This document shows, one piece after another, positions 31,339 to 42,359 of a stretch of 64,000 bases of DNA. A program made the translations under genes and the position numbers. The notes under the pieces were generated by a model. The model did not search any database and had not been told where the DNA came from. It worked only from the letters and a program-made list of their open reading frames with translations. The stretch is from Cyanophora paradoxa CCMP329 (Eukaryota; Plantae; Glaucophyta), in the NCBI GenBank assembly GCA_004431415.1, contig QPMI01000710.1, forward strand, positions 1 through 64,000, in the 5' to 3' direction. Within the stretch, counting starts at the first letter, position 1. Every line of letters starts with the position of its first letter.

Positions 31339-32160
31339 TCATCGGTTTCATGCAATTGCATGCCTTTTTATACTTAGTCACCTAGGCCTGTTGTAGTCAA
31401 TTGCAATGCCTTCCTTCTAGATTTCGCACTAGTACTGGCTTGTGATTCTGTATTTTGGACACGGGGACACTGTAAGATACTGTAGGTCCCCCCGTCTCGA
31501 CTGCGTTCGTGTTTTATAATTACCAGCCTTACTGACTTGCAATTGGATGGCACCGGTGTGCGGCCGCGGCCGCGGGACCGGAGGGGCTGGGGGGCGGGGG
31601 GCGGGGGGGGCGAAGCCGCGCGCCGCGGCGGGTTCCGGGGTGGCCGAAGCCAGCCTGCAGGGGCCCGGGGACGGTCGAAGCCCGCGAGGGCAGGGGGGTG
31701 CCCGAAGGCAGCTGAAGCTGCAGGCCTACTAGCTCTAGGCTAGCTATATAGGGGGCAACTGCAGCTAGGCGGATCCGGGAGCGAGCTCGAGGCCTAGGCT
31801 AGTGCTGATCATGATCATGAGACGTCGACTGGGGGAAAGCTTAAGCTCAAAAGGGAGCTCCGCGGCCGGGTAGCTAGAACCAAGCGCTAGCGCTAGCGCG
31901 GGCGCTCATGATCATATGCATCGACCGGCCGGGCGCGCGGCCGCGGACGCGATTTCAAATTCGAATTTCAGCGCTTGCTGCCGGGCCGGGTACACAGTTT
32001 TACAACGTCGCCACTGACTCGCCAGCTGCAGGCGGCGATCGCTAAATCAGGAGGCGTCCGTCGCGATCTGGGTGTGTCGTTGTGTCTAGCGCTAGCCGGC
32101 GGGAAGCGCGCCCTGGGCCAGCTGCAGTTGCGGCTCGCCGGACTGCACGCGGCGCGACAG

Positions 32161-32670
32161 ATGGCTATGGCGCCGATCTTCTTAGTGAACACTATCGAAG
32201 CGTCTTCCCAAGCGCTTCTTCGTCTCCAGGGCGCGCCCAGACTCGCCGTCGACTGCGAGGGCGTCGATCTGAGCAGACGTGGGCGCCTCTGCCTCGTGCA
32301 GGTGCGTGATATCGATATCGATACTTGCGCGTTGGGGGCTGCGACCTGCACCTGCTGTGTCTGGTCCGCGCACTCTAGATCTGCAGCTGATCCCGACGAC
32401 CCGCGGCCGGCCCCGCGCGCGCGGCGCGGCTGCTGCGCAGGTCGCCGACCCTCGGGACGGGACGGTGCACATCTTCGACGTCGTGGCGCTCGGGGGCCTT
32501 CCCCAGGTGCTCCGCCCCGCCCCGCCGGGCGCTCCCGGCCGGCTCGTCGTTCGCTGCCGGTGCCGAGCCGCGCGCGCGGGGCCGGGTCGGGCAGTTCCTC
32601 GTCGCGATCCTCGGCGACCCGCGCGTCCTGAAGATCTTCCACGACTGCAGGCAGGACAGCGACGCCGTGC

Positions 32671-32711
<41 letters not shown>

Positions 32712-33339
32712 CCCCGCCCCGGCCCTTCGGAGCCGACGGCGCCCGGCCCCGGGGCGGCCGGCAGCTCTACCACCAGTGCGGGGTGGCGCTGGCGAACGTG
32801 CTGGACACGCAGCTCTGCGACGCGCTGCACCAGCAGCTCCGCACCGGCCGCCTCCCGCCCTTCGTCTCGGGCCTCAAGAAGCTCCTCGAGCTGCACGTCC
32901 CGCACCTCGTGCCGCCCGACGCCGCCCAGCTCAAGGCCTCCGTCTCCGCCGGCTTCGACGCCGACCTCCGCCTCTGGGAGCGCCGGCCCCTGCCCCAGCA
33001 CCTCCTCCTGCGCGCCCCTTCCCCACCCCAGTCCACCTCTGGCGCGCCTCTGACTCGCTCCCTTCGGGCAGGTACGCCGCGTACGACGTCGCGCTGCTGG
33101 GGGCGCTGGCGGACCACCTCACGGCCGGCTTCCACCCGCTCCACCTCGAGGCTGCCCGGCGTGCCTCCGCCCGCTACGTCGCCCTCTTCCGGTGCCCCGC
33201 CCCCCGTAGCCCCCGCCAGACCCGCGTCGGCCTCTGCTCAGCGGCTACGCTCAGGGACGCCCCGGAGGCGAACGACCGGCAGACGCCGGGCGGCCGCGGG
33301 CGCGAGAACGCCCGCCTCGACCCCGCCCTCTTCGCGTAG
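32161..33339 (+). CDS. 3'-5' exonuclease, EXD1/Egalitarian-like DEDDy family
   Basis: LAVDCEGVDLSRRGRLCLVQ, KIFHDCRQDSDA, NVLDTQL, LWERRPL, YAAYDV across exons. Confidence 0.88.
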
Positions 33340-33624
33340 CCCCCCCCACCCCCCTCTTCCCTCCTTGCGCCTGCAGTCCTAGTACCCCTTCCACCTCCAG
33401 TTCTAGTACCCCTCCGGCCGCGTCCCGGCTCTCCCACGCACAGGCGCTTGTACCATCCACCTGTCTCCTTGCATATTTAATCATACTCTAACGGAAGTAA
33501 ACTAACAAATGAAAGAAAAGGGCGCCAGAATAAGGGCGCGCCGGCGCCGCGGATCGAATGCAGGCATCCGACTCTAATCTCGCGAGCTGACGAGTTCCGG
33601 AGGCCGGCGCTCGGCGCCGGTGGC

Positions 33625-34922
33625 TCAGGAGGCGGTGTCGTCGACGAGCTCGAGGGTGAGGTAGACGATGCGCATCCACTGCGCCCCGCCGAGAAGCCCC
33701 GTGAGAAGGCGGGGGCAAGAGGGGCCGGGGGAGAAGCTTAAAAGGGGCGGGCCTGGGAGCGGATGGAGGCCTCGACGGTGGAGAGGCCCGTCTCGCCCTC
33801 GTCGAGCAGCAGCGTCTGCTCCAGCTTCAGCGCGTCCAGCTTGTACCCCTTCCGCCGCGACTCGATCACCCCCAGCACCAGCTGCTCCAGCCCCTGCACC
33901 CCCCGCTCGTCCCCGGGGGGGCGGAGAGGGTGTGGGGGCGGGGGGTACGGCACCCTCGGGTCCACGACGACGGGGCGGGTCCAGTTCTCGTTGTCGCGCG
34001 GCCGGTACCGCACCGCGTTCAGCGTGAGGACTGCGCGGCGGGCGTCGGAAGGGGGTACAGGCGGGTCGCGGACAGGAGGCGGGGGCGAGGGGGGTACGGC
34101 GCACAGACGAGGGTGATCCAGATGGCGCGGATCTCCTTCTCCTCCTCGTTCAGGCGGATGAACTCGTCCAGCTGCGCCCCGCGCCGGTTAACGGGCGGGG
34201 CGGGGCGCGGGGCGCGGGGCGCGGGGCGCGCCTGGGCGTTGCCGGTGATGATCTCGTTGGACATGAGCTCGAGCTTGAGGGCCTCAATCGTGTACCCCCG
34301 CAGGTACGCGACGACCACCGCGCGCAGGAACTCCTTCATCGAGTCCGTGTAGCCGTCCCCCACGCCTGCGCCAGCCGGCACGCGCCGCTCAGCCCGGCAC
34401 GCGTCGGCGTACGTCGCTGGGCTCGGCTCGCCTGCGCTGTAGAGGTAGAACCACGTTTTCCGGAACGCGAGCTCCAGCATCGCCGTGATGGGCTGCGGCG
34501 CGGCACGGCACGCGCGTGAGCACACGCCTCGCCGAACGGCGGCGCGCGAGGAGGAGAGCGGATCGGATCGGCGCGCCTTCCCTGCGTCTGAAGGAGATGG
34601 TCCGGGGCTCGGCTCTGGGCCGTCCGCCTCGATCCCGCAGGAGATCTGTGGCAACCAGACCCGCCGCTGACCCTGGCAGCTCCGGGAGAGCCCTGAGGTC
34701 GACCAGTGCACGTCTCGTAGCCTGAAACTAACACTCGAAGCCTGCAGCAGCGATCGGCGAAGGCCCGCATCGTGCGCGGAACGATCGGGCGCGTACCAGC
34801 TGCGTGGGTGGTCGCACGCCGGCTCCGGTTGGCGACCTCGAGCATGCACGCACTGCAAGGCGTTGCGGCAACGCCGCACGCTCGCTGCTCAGCGCGGGAC
34901 CCGCCACCACGAAGCAGGCCAT
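33625..34922 (-). CDS. Probable plastid-targeted hypothetical protein (intron-split)
   Basis: Starts MACFVVAGPA with an Ala/Arg/Ser-rich leader. Two similar halves (AYLRGYTIEALKLE..IRAIWITLV and SRRKGYKLDALKLE..IRSQWMRIV). Confidence 0.6.
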
Positions 34923-35123
34923 TTCTGGGGGTAGGCCTCGCTTCGTTCGCAACGCCAAGCCAAGGTATCCAGCGCGTGTCCAGATATCGATCTCGTCTTG
35001 AAGTTCAAGGGGATGATGATTTAAATTTTACATCTACAACGCGTACGATGTTGAACATACTGACGAAGGGCGCCGGACCCGGCGCGGGGACATAGCCTAG
35101 AACTCGAAGCTACCAAAAAAAGG

Positions 35124-38100
35124 CTACGCCTCGCCGTCGCCGCGGGGCGGGTCGGCGCTCTCCGCAGAGAGGCCGCCGGCGGATGCCGCGGAGCCGCGGA
35201 AGCGCGCGGGGAGCTTGCGCCTCACGAGGGAGACGAAGGTGGCGACCTGCGCGCGGGGGCGCCGCGGGCCTCAGCCACCCGCCCTCTGTCTCGAAGCAGG
35301 CGGGGCGGGGGGGCGGGGACCTCGGGGACACGGAAGAGGACGAGGACGGCGGCGAAGGCGACGACGCCGGAGCCGCCGGCCGCCGCCAGGTGCGCCAGCT
35401 GCGCCGGGTCCGGGTCGGCGAGGCGGGGGCGGGGGAGAGGCGCGCGGGGCGGGGCGGGGCGGGGCGCACCAGCAGCACGACCCCGGGCCCGGGAAGAAGC
35501 GCTGCGGGGGCGGAGCCCGAGCGTCAGGAGGGGCGCGGGGGCGCGGGCGGGCGGGCTCGGGGCGGCACCATGAAGAAGCGGGAGACGGCGGTGGCGGCGG
35601 CGGCGGCGGCGGCGGTGCCGGCGGCGAGGGCCGCCCCCGAGGCCGCCCACTCGGCCAGCGGCAGCCCGGCCTCCTCCGCCGGCTCCGAGGGGTCTGCGGC
35701 CGCCACGCCCGGGCCCGCTCGCTCGGCGGGCTTGCGGGGCCCCAGGGCGCGGGCGCGGGGGGCGGCGCACCGCGGAACTCGTTCTGGAGCTTGCGGTGGA
35801 GGATGGCGAGGAGGACGACCTGCGCGGGCGGGCGCGGGGGCGGGCGCGGGGGCGGGGGCGGCGCGGTGAGACGGCGGGGGCGCAGGAGAGCTGGGGGGCC
35901 GGGCGGGGGCGGACGAGGGAGACGGCGTTGGCGAGGGAGGAGGCGAGGACGAGGCCGGGGGCGCCGAGGGGGCGGATGAGCGCGAAGTCCAGCACGCCGT
36001 TCAGCGCGATGGAGAGCACCTGCGGGGCCCGCTCGGCCCCGGCGGGCCTCGCGCGGCGGGGCGGGGCGGGGCGGGGCGGGGCGGACGGAGTTGCGGAAGG
36101 GGACGGCGCCGTCGCCGAGGGCGTAGAAGACGCGGACGAGGACGTCGCGGGCGAGCCCCGGGAACATCCCCAGCGCGAACATCTGCCCGCCCGCGCTCGG
36201 CGGGGCGGAGCCGGAGAGGGGGGCGGGGGGCAAGGGGGGGGACCTGGAGGGCGGCGGCGACGGCGGCGGAGGCGGCGGCGTCGAAGGCGGCGCGCTCGTA
36301 GACGAGGCGGACGACGGGGAGCGCCAGCGCGAAGGTCACCGCCGCCACCGGCAGCATCGCCAGCCCCGACAGGAAGATCCCCTGCGGGGGGCGTGGGCCG
36401 GCGAGCGGCCGGCGTCTGCGGGGCCGGGGGAGGGCCGGCGGGCACCTGGCGGATGCGGGTCTTGAGCTCCTTGCGGTCGCCGTTGGGCCCCGCGAGGCGC
36501 GAGTAGAGGGGCATCAGCGGCACCAGCAGCATGCTCGACGCGATCCCCACCGGCGTCTGCCCCCGCCGCCGCCGTCACGCGGGAGATCAAAAGGGGCGGG
36601 GGCCGGGGCGGGCCTGGATGAGGAGGTGGGCGTAGGTGAGGGCGGCGGCGGCGCCGTGCGGGACGAAAGACGCGAAGAGGAGGTCCATGTACACGTTGAT
36701 CTGCGCTGCTCTGAGGGGCGGGGGGGGCGGGGGCTGCCGAGGGGGCCGGGGGGCACCTGGCCCATGCCGGAGGAGAGGGTGGCGGGCCCGAGGAGCGAGA
36801 GCACCTCCCGCACGCCCGGCGCCGAGAGGTCCACGCGGGGCCGGAAGAGCCGCCCCACCCGCCCTGCCCGCCCCCTCCACGCCTCAGGACAAATACTACG
36901 GGCGCGGGGGCGGGGCGGGGCGGGGCGGGGCGCGCCGAGGTTGAAGCCGTCGCCCTTGACCACCTCGCCGCCCGCGCGGGCCCCCTCGCCCTCCTCCTGC
37001 TGGTGCCGCCGCCCCGTGATCCCTGCTGCCATTTGCGCCCACACCTGCCCCCGCCCGCCTCAGCCCCGCGCCGGGCTGCTGGCGCGCCGGGCAGCGCCCG
37101 CGGAGCACTCGCCTGGACGAGCCACTGGAGTACGGCGCCGGCGAGGGTCGACCACGCGAGGACCTGCGCAGGCGCCTCAGCGGCCGCGCGCGTGCCGCCG
37201 GGGGGCTGGGGTGCGCGCCATGCCGCCGAGGATGGCGTTCTTGGGGTCGCCCAGCTCCCTGCGTCGGGGAAAAGAAGACGGGGCGCGTGAGGCGCCTCGG
37301 GGCCTCGGGGGCCGGGCAGCGCTGCAAGAAAGAAAGAGAGAGAGAGGGGCGCACTTGAGGCCGACGCGCCACATGAGGAGGGCCATGGCGCCCGCCGTCG
37401 TCGCGCTCGAGAGCAGTGGCGAGACCGACGGGAGCCAGTACAGGTCCCGCGCCCTTGAAGCGAAGGGCAGTGAGGGGGGGGGAAAGAGGAGGAAGGGGGA
37501 GGGGAGGGGCGGACGAGAGGGTGCCGAAGGAGACGCCGATGAGGCCGGAGAGGACGGCCATCGGGGCCATGATCCGCAGCTGCCGCACCGCGATCGCCCT
37601 GCGCGACGAGGGCCCGTGAGGCTGCGGCGCGGGGCGGGCAGGCCGGGGTCGGGGAAGGCGATGGGCCGGACCGGGTGAGGATGGCCTCGGCGGAGCCGGC
37701 GAGGGCGGCCTGGGCGACGCCCGGGGCCGCCATGTCGACGATCGGGCCGGCCGCCCCGATGAGGAGCAGCGTCACGCAGGAGAGCACGCCCCCGACCTGC
37801 CGCAAAGCCCGCGCGGCTCAGCTGGGCGAGGGGCGCGGCGCGGGGGATGGGGGCGCGCCATCGTGGAAATCGTGTCGACGAGGGGGCCGGCCACCCGCGG
37901 GTCGGGGTACTGCGGAGTACCGGGTCAACGGAGGACGATAGGGTACGGGGGAGGCGAGGAAGGGTACCTTGGAGAGGACGGAGACCATCGAGGAGTGGAA
38001 GGGGCCGTTGATGCCGCTGGGGGGGAGGGTTGAGGGGGGTACGTGTACGGACGGGGCCAGGGGCCGGGGCACCCGAGGAGGATGAAGAAGAAGCCGGGTA

Positions 38101-38305
38101 CGACGGAGGCGTAGTTAAAGGCGTTGACGGCGGGGCCCACGCCGAAGGCCGCCGCGATCGCCTGCGGGGGGGTACGCGGTCAGGCGAGGGGCGCGGAGGG
38201 GCTCCAGGCGGGGACGAAGGGGGTACGCGCTTGCTGGCGGACGAGGCCAAAAAGCTTGGAGATGAGGGTACCCAGGGCGACGATGCCGGCGATGCCAGCA
38301 AGGCT
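35124..38305 (-). CDS. murJ: Lipid II flippase MurJ/MviN core, cyanobacterial type, intron-split
   Basis: SLAGIAGIVALGTLISKLFGLVRQQ-AIAAAFGVGPAVNAFNYASVVPGFFFILLG-GINGPFHSSMVSVLSK. Also PATLSSGMGQINVYMDLLFAS, VVRLVYERAAF and RDVLVRVFYALGDGAVPF. Confidence 0.92.
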
Positions 38306-38363
38306 CTGCGGAGGGGGGCGGGCGTGATGCCGGGCGGGTCGGGCAAAAGTCGGTCGGGTGTAC

Positions 38364-41300
38364 CTTTCCGCCGGAGGGCTTGTTGGCGGGAGTGGGCGGG
38401 GTGGACGAGGAAGGGGTGGAGGGGCCAGCGGGGGACGCGGGCACCGGCAGCTGCTCCTGCTGCTGCGGTGGCGGCGTCGGCGGCGGGGTGAGACGGCGCA
38501 GAAAGGGGCGGGGCGGGGTGGGGCGGACCGCGCGCTGCTGGGCGGAGGGGCGGGGGAGGATGGCGAGGAAGAGGCGGGCGAGGGCGGCGAGGAAGCGGGC
38601 CAGGGGCGCCCCGACGCCGGCGTGCTGCATCGCTCCGCTGGACCCCGGCGTCTCCTCTGCCGTCGCCCCCGGCGGATCAGAGGGGCCCGCCAGCCCGCGA
38701 CCCTTCCCCTCCGCCTCCTCCTCCTCCTCCTCCTCCTCGGGCCCCGGCGAGCCGCTGCCCCCAAGGCCCACCGCGCCGCCCGCGCCGCCGCCGCCGGAGC
38801 TGCCGTCGTCCGAGCCGCCGCTCTCCTCCTCGGCGCCTGACGGCTCCGCCGTCGCTCCCGCCGACTCCGCCGACTGCGGCAGGGGCGCGCCGGGCGGGTT
38901 GGGGCCCGGGGCGCCCTCCGCCGCCTCCGCCTCGGCGGCGGCCAGGGCGGCCGGGTCCTCCGAGGCGCCCGTCGGCGCCGGGTCCGACCACTCCTCCTCC
39001 TCCTCCTCCGCCTCCTCTTCCTTCGGGGGCTCTGGGCCACGCGGGCGGCGGCCTCGCCCTTCGCGCGGGCCTCGGCGGCCGCCTCCGCGCGGCGCAGCGC
39101 CTCCTCGGCGTCCGCCTCCTCGTCCGCGGCGGCCGCCTCGGCCTTGGCCGCGCGCTCCTCCTCCGCCGCCGCCGCCGTCAGCGCCTCCGCCGCCTCCTTC
39201 ATCGCCCGCGCCGCCGCCGCCGCCCGCCGCCCCGCCCCGCCGACTCGGCCGCCGCGACGGCCTCGCGCGCCGACGCCGCCGCCGCCCGCTCCTCGGCCTG
39301 CGCCGCGCGCTCCGCCGCGGCCGCGAACTCGGAGAGCTTCGCGGAGGGTCCCCGCCCCGCAGCCGCCCCGCCTCCTCCTCCGCCGCCGCCCGCTCGGCCG
39401 CCGCCGCCGCCGCCGCCTCGCGCGCCGCGGCGGCCGCCTCGGCTGCCGCCTGCGCGACGCGCGCGGCGGCGGCCTCGGCGAGCATCGCCTCGCGCAGGCG
39501 CCGCTCGAGGGCCGCCACCTCTTCCCGCCGGCGCGCCCCGTCCGCCCCCGCCGCCTTCGACGCCGCCTCGGCCGCCTGCGCCCGCTCCACCTCCCCGGCG
39601 AGGGTCCCCTCGCTGTGGCGCCAGAGCTTGCGCGCCGGGCCCCGGCTCGGGTTCCCCGACACGATCGCCTGCATCATACGCCGCCGCAGCGCCTGCGCCC
39701 GGTCGCGGCCTCGGCTGCGGCCCGCCGGCTCGCCCGGCTTGCCGCCCGCCGCCCCGCGCGCTCCGCCGCGGCCCGGCTCCGCCACTGGTCGGCCGAGGGC
39801 CGCGCGGCGTCGGCCTCGGAGGGGGCGTCCCGGGGCGGGCCGCCGGCGCGGCCGTCGAGGCCGAGCCTGGCCGCGCGAACGAGAAGGCCGAGGAGCCCGA
39901 GAGCGACCGCGCCGTGTCTGCGGGCGGCGAGCCGTCAGCGAGCGCGCCGGGGCAGCGCGGCGGGGCGGGGCGGGGCGGGGCGGACAGTGGTCGCGGAGGG
40001 CGAGGGAGACGGAGTGGGCGGCGGCGAGGAGGACGAGGAGCGGGGGCCCGCCGAGGGCCGTCAGGGCGAGGCCGAGGAGCCACTTGGGGACGCGCGGGGC
40101 GAGGAGCAGCACGGGCGAGGCGGCGAGGCCGACGGGGAGGTAGTAGGCCCGCGCCAGCCGCTCCAGCTCGGCCTGCATGTGCGGCGGGAGCCGCGCCGCC
40201 CGCGCCGCCACCGCCCCGCCGACCTCCCCCGGCCCGCCGCTGCCGCTCCAGCAGCCGCAGCTCGGCGAGCTGCGCCCCGGCCCGCGCCGTCCGCTCCGCC
40301 ACACGCCGCGCCAAAGCCGGGTCCGCTGGCACCCGGCTCGGCTCCTCCGCCGGCGCCGGGCGGCCGCGTCGAGCCGGCGCCTGCGCCGGCGCCGGCGCGG
40401 GGGCGGGGGCGGCTTTCGCCACAACTTCGGTTTCTTTCGCCTCAGCGTTGGTCTCTGCCGCTGCGTCCGCCTCCTCCTCCTTCTCCTCCTCCTCCATCTC
40501 CTCCTTCTCCTCCTGCTCCTTCTCCTCCTCTACCTCGACCGCCGCCGCCACCGAAGCCGCCGCAGCCGCCTCCGCCGGCGGCGGCTCCTCCTCGCGCTGC
40601 GCCGGCGGCTCCGGCTCCGCAGAAGCCTCCTTGACGCGCGCCACTTCCTCCTCCTCCGCCTCCTCCTCCTCGGCCGCCGCCTGCTCTACCCGCTCCTCGG
40701 GGGCCGGCACTGCCCGCTCGGCCCGCCTCGTCATCCTCCGCTTCGGCGGGGCGAGCCGGATGCCGCCGGCCCGCGCCGGCGCCGCAGCAGCCGCGGGGCG
40801 GACGGGCGGCGGGGCCGGCGGGGCCTCCTGCGCGGCCTCCGCGAGGTCCGGCGAGGGCGGGCGGGAGACGCGGACGGGCTTCCATGGCGCCGGCTTGGAC
40901 ACGTAGATGCCGAGCGCGGAGTGGATCCCAGAATCCGCCTCCCAGTCGATTGGGCTCAGCGGCGGCGAGCCGGAGAGCGGCGGCGAGGCGGCCGGCGGCC
41001 GCTGCGCGGCGCGGCGAGGCGAAGGGGAGCGCGGGGGCGACCTGCCGCGGGGCGGGGAGGAGCCCGGGGGCGGAGGAGGAACGGCGAGCCGGCGCGGCGC
41101 TTGGACGGGGACGCCCGCGCGGTCGGGGGGGCGGCCGCCGGCCGGCCGAGGCGGGGCAGGGAGGGGGCGTAGCGGGAGGCGTCCCACGCAGGCTTGCGCG
41201 CCGGGGGCTGCTCCTGGGGCGCCGCCGCGGGGCGCTCCCGGTCGCTTCCTGACGAAGGGAAGGTGCCAAGGCCGAGGGAGAGCTGGACGTCGAAGGAGGG

Positions 41301-41700
41301 GCGGCGTGCCGGCCCCGCCAGCGGCGGCGTCCCCCCGTCCTCCTCCTCGTCATCGTCGAACACGCTCCTCCTCCGGCCAATGGCGTTCTGCCCGTCGTCC
41401 TCCGGCGGCGGAGGCGGCGGCGGGAGCCTCTGCGCCCTGGGCCCTCGGCGCGTTCGCTTCTGAAGGAACGGCTGGAACGGCTGGAACGGCCGCTTGCGCT
41501 CCTCGGACGCGCTGAACACCTGCGGCGAGTCTGCGGCATTGCGGCGCTCAGCGGATGCCGCGCGGGGCCGGCGGGCGGCCACGCACCGTACGGCCCAGAG
41601 GGGTCCGGCGCGCCCCAGATCCCTCCTGCCGCCTCCGGCACGACTGCTGGCGCGAAGCTGCCGCCGGTGAAGGGATTGTTGAAACCTGCAGGTGCGCACA
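38364..41700 (-). CDS. Long Ala/Glu/Pro-rich coiled-coil-like coding region, apparently the N-terminal extension of MurJ; start not determined
   Basis: Open exons (EEEEAEEEEVARVKE.., LARAYYLPVGL.., AGEVERAQAAE..). The last exon ends ANKPSGGK and joins MurJ in frame through a 58-nt GT-AG intron (38306-38363). Confidence 0.55.
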
Positions 41701-42359
41701 CCGTCGGAACTGCGTTGAGTGTGCAGGCGGGGCGGCGGGCGCACTGCTCCCCGCTCGGTCGGGCCGCAGCGGCGGGCCAAACGGGTCGAAAGGGTCTCCT
41801 TGGAACCGAAACGCCGCTCCGACAGTTTCCGCCGCAGAAACACGGTCCACAGACGACGGATCTGCCCCGAATAGGAGTCGGAACTGGGCGGCAGCCCGGC
41901 GGCACAGCAGCACAAACCCGCCCGAGCCAGCGATGGATGGACGAGCGCAGCGCCTGCTCTGTCGTGCGTCCACGCTGCTCTCCTGCGCAGCACTGGGTTG
42001 CCGAAGAGCCGACTGGCGCGGCGGAGCTGGGCCTCGACGCCAGCGGATGCCCTTGTCTCTGCCACCGGAGATTAGCGCCAGCTCGCCGAACGAAGCTAGA
42101 TGTTGCCAGCGGTAACGACGCACCGCTGACGCCTGCCCGTGCCGCGGACTTGCGCGGCGGAGCGTCTCCGTGCGTCGATCGGCTCCGGCAAAACTCAAGC
42201 GTCGGGGCCGCCGATCTATCCGGACCGACTTGGGCCGGTGCCCGGCCGGCCAGGCCGGCTGCCACATACATCGCTGCGGAGCGCTGGCTTCTCCCGCGAA
42301 CTTGTGCTCGTCGGGGGGTACAGCCGCAGCAGCGAGTCTCTTGCCTGCAGCGGCCGGGC

